From NCBI RefSeq assembly GCF_000015225.1, contig NC_008698.1:990001-1022000 (forward strand): DNA of 32,000 nucleotides, in the 5' to 3' direction. Below, in pieces: positions 17,024 through 23,121 of the stretch. Positions within the stretch are counted from its first letter, which is position 1. Every line of letters starts with the position of its first letter. This DNA is from Thermofilum pendens Hrk 5. Lineage in GTDB: Archaea; Thermoproteota; Thermoprotei; Thermofilales; Thermofilaceae. Position numbers and translations under genes: made by a program. The notes beneath the pieces were generated by a model. It made no database searches and was not told the DNA's origin. It saw nothing but the letters and a program-made list of their open reading frames with translations.

Positions 17024-17353
17024 GTGGAGTTCAAAGTAACAGAGGTCGCTACTAGCGGTGTGCGCATCTCCATTGTCGATGGAAGAGAGGTAGCCCACTG
17101 CTACATCTACCTGATCAAAAACGATCTTCACCCGGAGCCTTACGCGTTACTAGAGGATGTCTACGTCGACGAGGAGTACAGGGGGAGGGGTATAGGGACG
17201 GAGCTCGTGAAGAAGGCAATCGAAGTGGCTAGGAGTATGAACTGCTACAAGATAATAGCGACCAGCAGGTTCGAGCGCGAAGCTGTGCACAAGTGGTACG
17301 AGAAGCTAGGCTTCAAGAGGTATGGGTACGAGTTCAGGCTCAACCTCAAGTGA
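17024..17353 (+). CDS. small GNAT-family N-acetyltransferase
   Basis: 109 aa with a GTG start; the frame is closed by TGA at 17000-17002. It has the acetyl-CoA motif A 'VDEEYRGRGIGTELVKKAIEVA' and a C-terminal 'YEKLGFKR'. TATA-like 'ggttttttatgag' lies 20-30 nt upstream. Confidence 0.75.
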   Translation: MEFKVTEVATSGVRISIVDGREVAHCYIYLIKNDLHPEPYALLEDVYVDEEYRGRGIGTELVKKAIEVARSMNCYKIIATSRFEREAVHKWYEKLGFKRYGYEFRLNLK

Positions 17354-17395
17354 ACCAAAAAGGCTCCCAGAACCCGGTTTTTTCGCTACAGCGCG
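17354..17395. terminator. bidirectional oligo-T terminator region between convergent genes
   Basis: T6 at 17378-17383 serves the plus-strand GNAT gene. A5 at 17357-17361 reads as T5 on the minus strand and serves the AbrB-PhoU gene. Confidence 0.45.
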
Positions 17396-18418
17396 CTAGG
17401 TTATGTCGTGCAGGTCTATCGTAGCTTCAAGGATGTCTGTACTGTAGTCGAAGATCCTACGGTAGCTACCAACCATCAGCCTAACTGCTAGAATCTCCTC
17501 GGGAATCCTCCTGGCGAGCTCGTCGAATACTTTCCTCTCCAGGGCTTTTAGCTTCTCCGCGTCGACGTCGAGCAGTCTGTTTGCAGTCGTCTTGTCCCTG
17601 TCGAGGAACACGTGTACAGAGGCTGTGAAGAACTCGGATACCTTGTCGGAAAGCGTCGAGATGGGATTCTTGATCTTCTCTGCCTCCCTTACATGCGGCA
17701 AGGCCTGTGCGATCGAGGCGGCGTGGTCGGCTATGCGCTCGATGTTCTTAAGAACCATGCCGTGCGGCAACACTTCCTCCACCTTCCTTAGCCCGATCTC
17801 CTCGAGACCGACGTAGCCCCTCAGCGCGGCGTGTAGCTGGCGTAGACCGTAGAGGTATAGCTTATCCACGATGTCGTCCCTCGAGACTATCTCGGAGGCT
17901 ATCTTCTCCACGTCTCCCCCTCCGAGCGCCGCCTTTACGTCTTCAAGCATACCCGTGACCGCGTCGCGCATCTTGGTTATAATCGTGGAGACGGGGAGGT
18001 CCTCCACGTTCACGAGAACCTGGAGAACGACCTCCCTGGAGTCCTCGTGTAGTATTTCGACGCCTATAAGCTTCCTCGCGATCGTGTCTTTCAACACGTG
18101 CCTAAACTCCGGGTCGTCCCGCTCGAATACAACCCTTATCATCTTGTACCCCATCAGGTACTTGGACATTACCTCGCGGAGCGCAGCCCCCCGCGTCGTA
18201 TCCTCTCTAACAGAGACCTCGGCGGACGAGAGGGCTTCGGGGCGCTTGAGGCTCGGAACTATGCGTATAGACCCGTCGTTCTCGAGCGACAGCACGAGCA
18301 GGCTCCCCTTCCCTATGCTCAGCTTTTCTGCCCACTCCTTGGGTATTGAGACTATAAACGTTGAACCGCCTGTTAACTGAACCCTCCTAACTACTTTATT
18401 GCTCGTCATTTCTCTCAA
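17396..18418 (-). CDS. AbrB/SpoVT-domain plus PhoU-domain protein, paralogue 2
   Basis: 340 aa from TTG 18418; ATG 18409 ('MTSNKVV') is an equally plausible start. The N-terminus 'VRRVQLTGGSTFIVSIPKEWAEKLSIGKGSLLVLS' is an AbrB hairpin. PhoU-type repeats follow, for example 'SRDDIVDKLYLYGLRQL' and 'NIERIADHAASIA'. Confidence 0.75.
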   Translation of the reverse strand: MREMTSNKVVRRVQLTGGSTFIVSIPKEWAEKLSIGKGSLLVLSLENDGSIRIVPSLKRPEALSSAEVSVREDTTRGAALREVMSKYLMGYKMIRVVFERDDPEFRHVLKDTIARKLIGVEILHEDSREVVLQVLVNVEDLPVSTIITKMRDAVTGMLEDVKAALGGGDVEKIASEIVSRDDIVDKLYLYGLRQLHAALRGYVGLEEIGLRKVEEVLPHGMVLKNIERIADHAASIAQALPHVREAEKIKNPISTLSDKVSEFFTASVHVFLDRDKTTANRLLDVDAEKLKALERKVFDELARRIPEEILAVRLMVGSYRRIFDYSTDILEATIDLHDIT

Positions 18419-18679
18419 TAATGCTCCGTTGCAGATAACATATATATTTTTCTATATTCTTTCTTGTCGCGTACAGTCAAAGCCTCGGGGCGCGGCGTGG
18501 AAGAGCAGCACGTACATTCCCTGTAACATAGGTAAAAGATAAATTGATGTTTGTCTAGGCAGTTGTGGAGGATTCCAAGCATTTTTTAGTATTACGTAAA
18601 AATATGAAGGGCGCGTTATAAAAGATTATTAACATGCGGTAATAAATCTAGTACATATATGTTTTTTGAAATGTAGTTT
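18419..18679. promoter_or_regulatory. 261-nt AT-rich divergent control region (AbrB-PhoU paralogue 2 on the minus strand, hydrogenase-type operon on the plus strand)
   Basis: This is the longest non-coding gap in the window. The minus-strand TATA is 'aaaatatatatg' (plus-strand coordinates about 18440-18452). The plus-strand TATA candidates are 'gttataaaag' (18615-18624), 'aataaatc' (18641-18648) and 'catatatg' (18654-18661). A GC-rich island at about 18467-18530 lies in between. Confidence 0.5.
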
Positions 18680-18691
18680 TTGAGACATGTC

Positions 18692-19120
18692 ATGAGGGGA
18701 GATCTGGGCTTTCGGCGTAAAAGCCTCTGGGTATATCACTTTAACTCTGGTGGGTGCAACGGGTGCGACATAGAGTTTGTCGCTGCTCTTACGCCCCGCT
18801 TCGACCTTGAAAGGCTCGGGGTACAGCTTGTGCCCAGTCCTAGGCATGCGGATGTCCTGGTTGTAACTGGCCCCGTGACGAGGGCTTCTGCGGATGCCTT
18901 GAAGACTATATACGACCAGGTGCCGGAGCCTAGGATCGTGGTAGCCTTCGGGACGTGCGCGTGTAGCGGGGGTGTATTCTCCAATTGCTACAATGTTCTG
19001 GGGGGTGCCGACAAGGTTCTCCCGGTGGACGTGAAGATCCCGGGGTGTCCTCCCAAGCCTGAAAGCTTGCTTCACGCCTTGTCAAGGATAGTTCTGGGTG
19101 AGGCTAATGGGGGGAGGTAG
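18692..19120 (+). CDS. group 4 [NiFe]-hydrogenase small subunit (NuoB/MbhJ/HycG-like, one [4Fe-4S])
   Basis: Cluster ligands present: 'GGCNGCDIE', 'GTCACSGG', 'GCPPKPE'. ATG 18692 is preferred; the TTG 18680 given in the ORF track is possible. Confidence 0.85.
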   Translation: MRGDLGFRRKSLWVYHFNSGGCNGCDIEFVAALTPRFDLERLGVQLVPSPRHADVLVVTGPVTRASADALKTIYDQVPEPRIVVAFGTCACSGGVFSNCYNVLGGADKVLPVDVKIPGCPPKPESLLHALSRIVLGEANGGR

Positions 19121-20720
19121 GATACAGGGTAAGGTTCAGGTTCCTCCCGAAGGCATACGGGAAGCTGTTAGAAGGCTCGTCGCCGAAGGTTACGCTCACC
19201 TAACGGCGATAACGGCGGTCGACCTCCAGGACTCCATAGAGCTGATATACCACTTCGACGGGGGCGGCGGCTACAGACACGTCTCCGTGAAGCTACCCAG
19301 GGCTAACCCGACCCTTCCCTCCATCGCCCAGGTAGTCCCCGGCGCCGACTACTACGAGAAAGAGGTACGCGACTTGTTCGGCGTCAACTTCCAGGACGGC
19401 GCGGAGAAGAGGCGCTTCATACTCCCGGAGTGCTACCCGCCCGACGCGCCTCCCCCCTTACTAAAGGACGTCGACCCTGCCTCGGTGAAAGCGCTAGTCG
19501 CCGAGGCGCCGACGTGCCAGGTTGACGCCGTGGGTTTGCACGCGCCTCTTTCCCCAGAAAGCGTGGTCGTACCCGTAGGCCCGTACCACCCGGCCTTCAA
19601 GGAGCCGGAGTACTTCAGCCTGGTGGTAGACGGGGAGAGGATAGTGAAGGCCTTTGTACGCATAGGGTTCGTGCACAGGGGTATAGAGAAGGCTGCGGAG
19701 TCTAGGAGCTTCTTCAGGGACATCTTCCTCGTGGAGAGGATATGCGGGATATGCAGTACTTCCCACGCGTGGTGCTTCGTAGAGGCTGTCGAGAGGCTCT
19801 TAAACATGGAGGTGCCCAGGAGGGCGGCCTACCTTCGAACCCTCGTCGCGGAGCTGGAGAGAATACACTCCCACGCTCTCTGGCTGGGCCTCGTGGGCTA
19901 CTGGACGGGCTTCGAGACAATGTTCATGTGGGTCTGGGGGCTCCGAGAGACCATAATGGACCTACTCGAGGAGATCTCCGGGAACAGGGTCCACAAGTCC
20001 TTCGTAACCATAGGCGGGGTGCGGCGCGACGTTCCCGACGCCCTGCTGAGACGCGTCTCCGAGAGGGTTGAGACGTTCCGCAGGGAGTTCGAGTCCCTGC
20101 TTGAAAGCCTGTCGTACTCCGAGGAGATAATCTCCAGGACGAAGGGGATAGGGAGGTACAGCCTGGATGATGCCAGGAAGTACTGCGCTGTGGGGCCTGT
20201 TAGGAGGGCTGCGGGAGACCCGTTCGACGTGAGAAGAATAGAGCCCTACGGGGCCTACCCGGAGGTGGAATTCGAGGTCCCCACGTCCAACGAGGGAGAC
20301 GTGTACAACCTCATTAGGGTCCGAGTAAAGGAGGTCGTAGAGTCGGCCAGCATAATCCAGCAGTTGGTCGAAAAGATGCCTTCGGGCAACCCCGTACCTC
20401 CTAAGCCGTTCATGGGCACGGTTCCCGAGGGTGAGGCTTACAGCAGGATCGAGGCTCCGAGGGGCGAGCTGTTCTACTACGTAAAGGCGAATAACACACA
20501 CAACCCCTACAGGGTTAAGGTTAGAACCCCGACCCTGGCGAACATCCAGCTCGCGGCGAAGATCCTCGAGGGGCAGACGCTGTCCGACTTCCCAGTCGTC
20601 GTCACGAGCATAGACCCCTGCTTCAGCTGTATGGACAGGGTGACTATAATCGACTTGTCCGGGAAGAGAAGGGAAGTTTCTTCCAAGTTTTTCGAGTCGC
20701 TTAGAGGGGTGAGGAGATGA
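19098..20720 (+). CDS. group 4 [NiFe]-hydrogenase large subunit fused to an N-terminal NuoC/MbhK-like domain (HycE/HyfG-type architecture)
   Basis: 540 aa. The N-terminal ~140 aa are NuoC-like ('HLTAITAVDL...ELIYHF...YYEKEVRDLFGVNF'). It has the L1 motif 'RICGICSTSH' (nt 19737-19766; Cys216, Cys219) and the L2 motif 'DPCFSCMDR' (nt 20613-20639; Cys508, Cys511). A 26-aa tail follows. The start is GTG 19098 or ATG 19107, and both overlap the small-subunit gene. Confidence 0.85.
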   Translation: MRLMGGGRIQGKVQVPPEGIREAVRRLVAEGYAHLTAITAVDLQDSIELIYHFDGGGGYRHVSVKLPRANPTLPSIAQVVPGADYYEKEVRDLFGVNFQDGAEKRRFILPECYPPDAPPPLLKDVDPASVKALVAEAPTCQVDAVGLHAPLSPESVVVPVGPYHPAFKEPEYFSLVVDGERIVKAFVRIGFVHRGIEKAAESRSFFRDIFLVERICGICSTSHAWCFVEAVERLLNMEVPRRAAYLRTLVAELERIHSHALWLGLVGYWTGFETMFMWVWGLRETIMDLLEEISGNRVHKSFVTIGGVRRDVPDALLRRVSERVETFRREFESLLESLSYSEEIISRTKGIGRYSLDDARKYCAVGPVRRAAGDPFDVRRIEPYGAYPEVEFEVPTSNEGDVYNLIRVRVKEVVESASIIQQLVEKMPSGNPVPPKPFMGTVPEGEAYSRIEAPRGELFYYVKANNTHNPYRVKVRTPTLANIQLAAKILEGQTLSDFPVVVTSIDPCFSCMDRVTIIDLSGKRREVSSKFFESLRGVRR

Positions 20721-21418
20721 ACAAGTATAGGAGTAAGCTGGAAATACTAAAAACCGCCGTTAAAAGCCTCTTACAGCCGCCGCTAACCGTACCTTATACA
20801 GGCCACCTCAACAACTCGTTCATAAGGGGGGCGCCGCTCCTCGATAGGGACAAGTGCCTGGGATGCAGCCTCTGCGCGAGGTCCTGCCCCTCGGGTGCTA
20901 TAACGATGGTCCCCGGGGGGAAGAAGGTTGTAGGTGGGAAGGAGGTCGAGCGGAAAATACCCTCTTTCAACTACTACCAGTGCATATACTGCGGGGTATG
21001 CGCGGAGGTATGCCCCGGCCGGGCGATAAGCATGGTTAAAAAGCAACCCGTGGAGATAATTTCCCTCGCCTCCCTCCTCCCGCTCGCAACGGGCGAGCCA
21101 GAGGCGCTCAAGGTGCTTTTTTCCTTCCTTCTACTCCTCGTAGCCGTAAGCTTTGCGTACTGGCTTTCGGGTAGGGTCGCCGCCAGGGGGAAGCACACTG
21201 AGAAGGCGCGGGAGCCGTTCACGGGCGGTGTAGCCCCCAGGTTGCCCACCTACAGGTACCACGTAGAGGAGCTCTACACGTTCGTGATCCTCTTCGTAAT
21301 GCTCGAGATCACCGCCTTTACCATGATCCTTGAAAGGGACGCCTCGGTAATCCTGCCCTGCCTCCTCTTCCTGGCTTACCTGTTACTACTCGCGTCCCCG
21401 GCTACCCGGGGGAGGTGA
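20717..21418 (+). CDS. 2x[4Fe-4S] ferredoxin subunit (NuoI/MbhN/HycF-like) fused to a C-terminal 3-TM NuoA-like domain
   Basis: 233 aa with an ATGA overlap with the upstream gene. It has two cluster motifs, 'CLGCSLCARSCP' and 'CIYCGVCAEVCP'. Residues ~127-233 have three hydrophobic helices and a TM1-TM2 loop 'KAREPFTGGVAPRLPTYRYH'. This parallels the NuoA in this window ('KRKRYEAGNPPSGEAKTQLPYQYY'). Confidence 0.75.
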   Translation: MNKYRSKLEILKTAVKSLLQPPLTVPYTGHLNNSFIRGAPLLDRDKCLGCSLCARSCPSGAITMVPGGKKVVGGKEVERKIPSFNYYQCIYCGVCAEVCPGRAISMVKKQPVEIISLASLLPLATGEPEALKVLFSFLLLLVAVSFAYWLSGRVAARGKHTEKAREPFTGGVAPRLPTYRYHVEELYTFVILFVMLEITAFTMILERDASVILPCLLFLAYLLLLASPATRGR

Positions 21419-22392
21419 CCGCAGTGCTCGACATTGTCCTCGGCGTCCTGGTCTTCCCCGGGCTCCTGTTCACCGTGGCTATGGGCTTCTGGTTCGAGTA
21501 CCTCGAGAGAAAAGTTACCGCGAGGATCCAGAGAAGGGTGGGCCCCTTGTACGCGGGCCCCCACGGGCTTCTCCAACCCGTCTACGACTTCTTCAAGCTT
21601 CTCTTGAAGGAGGAGATAGTCCCTGGGTGGACCGACGTCTTTACGTTCAGGGTCGCGCCGATCCTAGCCGTAACCATACCTGTCTTCGGTATGTGCGTCC
21701 TCCCGGTGGCGAGCACCAAGGGCCTGCTGTCGTTCGAAGGTGACTTCGCGCTAGTTTTCCTTTTGCTGGCGCTCGGCGTGCTGACCCTGTCCCTCACCGG
21801 CTACTCCGTCCTAAGCCCCTACACGGCGATAGGTGTTGGAAGGCTCCTCGTGCAGTACTCGATGTACGAAGGGGTGTTCCTCTTAAGCCTTGCGTCGGCC
21901 GCCCTGCAGGCGAAGACAATGAGCTTCGAAGGCATACTCGCGTACCAGGAGTCCCACGGCTTCCTCGGTCTCTACCAGCCGGTCTCGCTCGCCGCCGCGC
22001 TCGTCGCGCTACTAGCTAAGCTCGAGAAGCGCCCCTTCGACCTCCCCCACGCCAAGCAGGAGGTCGTAGCGGGCTGGATGACCGAGCTCAGCGGGAGGGG
22101 TCTAGCCTTCATGAGGCTCTACGAGGACTTGAGCATGGTTTGGGGGATAGCGCTCATAGTCGTAGTTTTCCTCGGGGGACCGCTGGGCCCCGGCTACAAG
22201 GAGCTGGGCGCGCTGGCCGGTTTCGCGTGGTTCGCGCTGAAATCGCTAATCGTCGCACTTGCAGTCATCCTCGTTAGCGCGACTACGAGTAGAGTCAGGG
22301 TCTATGGGCTCGCGGAGGTCTTCTGGAAGAGGGTTTACCCGCTAGTCCTGCTCCAGCTAGTCGTGGCGTTCCTTCTGGGGTGGTGGGCGTGA
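21415..22392 (+). CDS. NuoH/MbhM/HycD-like membrane subunit
   Basis: 325 aa with a GTGA overlap. It has 'ERKVTARIQRRVGPLYAGPHGLLQPVYDFFKLLLKEEIVP', the NuoH family N-terminal signature, plus 'EKRPFDLPHAKQEVVAGWMTELSG'. Confidence 0.85.
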   Translation: MTAVLDIVLGVLVFPGLLFTVAMGFWFEYLERKVTARIQRRVGPLYAGPHGLLQPVYDFFKLLLKEEIVPGWTDVFTFRVAPILAVTIPVFGMCVLPVASTKGLLSFEGDFALVFLLLALGVLTLSLTGYSVLSPYTAIGVGRLLVQYSMYEGVFLLSLASAALQAKTMSFEGILAYQESHGFLGLYQPVSLAAALVALLAKLEKRPFDLPHAKQEVVAGWMTELSGRGLAFMRLYEDLSMVWGIALIVVVFLGGPLGPGYKELGALAGFAWFALKSLIVALAVILVSATTSRVRVYGLAEVFWKRVYPLVLLQLVVAFLLGWWA

Positions 22393-22829
22393 TCGAGGAG
22401 CTTCTCTCCGTTCTCGGCGCAGTGATAATCGTGGGAGCCCTCTACTCCAAGAGGGTCTCTCTATCGCTGTTGCTACTCTCCCTCGGCACGGTTCTCGTAG
22501 CCATGTCTATAGGTCTTCTCGTAGGCGCGACGGCGGGCATCCTTGTGGCTACGGTGTTCGCGGGGGCACTGGTAGCGCTTTTATCGCTCTGGCTGATAGT
22601 CACGGAGAAAGAGGAGGCGAGAGCAGACTCGATCTACGTGGTGGCGGCAGTATTCTTCGTGTTGATAACGGTGGCTTTCGCCGTGCTCCTCGCATTCGCC
22701 TATAGGCTCTCCCCGGTACCCGTTATCCTCAGGAAGTTTACGGCGGAGGACGCTTACCTGCTCCTCACGTTGCTCCTCGTCTCCGTTACAAGTTCAATCT
22801 ACGTTTTGAGGGGTGATAGAGTTGCCTGA
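22380..22829 (+). CDS. NuoJ-like small membrane subunit
   Basis: 149 aa with about 5 TM segments. Its position and pattern ('VGALYSKRV..SLLLLSLGTVLVAMSIGLL...VFAGALVALLSLWLIV') parallel the NuoJ at 30266. Three alternative GTG starts exist (22380/22383/22389). Confidence 0.6.
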   Translation: MVGVIEELLSVLGAVIIVGALYSKRVSLSLLLLSLGTVLVAMSIGLLVGATAGILVATVFAGALVALLSLWLIVTEKEEARADSIYVVAAVFFVLITVAFAVLLAFAYRLSPVPVILRKFTAEDAYLLLTLLLVSVTSSIYVLRGDRVA

Positions 22830-23121
22830 AAGTATCGTGCTATTAGGCGTTGGGGGATTGCTCGTCATCGCCGGTGCAACCTCGGTAGCCGCTACCAGGA
22901 ACCTCGTAAAGGTGGCTATGGGGCTTCAGGCAATGATTCTAGGCTCGTTACTCATACTGTCCACTGCTGTTGGGTCGTCGCCTACCCCCTCCGTCGACCC
23001 CGTACTCCTGGTGGTCGCGGCCGCCGGAGCATCGGAGGTCGTGTCGATCTCTGTGCTTTACCTGGCGTGGAGTAGGCACAGGACGATAGACCCCCACAGG
23101 ATCTCAGAGCTGAAGGGGTGA
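22813..23121 (+). CDS. NuoK/MnhC/HyfE-like small membrane subunit
   Basis: 102 aa with 3 TM segments. 'RNLVKVAMGLQAMILGSLLIL' aligns with NuoK 'RSVVKVMISLEIMFNGVLLAL' at 30748. The TM3 Glu is kept ('GASEVVS'). Confidence 0.7.
   Translation: MIELPESIVLLGVGGLLVIAGATSVAATRNLVKVAMGLQAMILGSLLILSTAVGSSPTPSVDPVLLVVAAAGASEVVSISVLYLAWSRHRTIDPHRISELKG

Noticed and set aside
18629-19075. 148-aa minus-strand ORF opposite the hydrogenase small-subunit gene.
   Set aside because: It is antisense to a gene with a complete [4Fe-4S] ligand set, has no motifs, and would start inside the large-subunit gene region.
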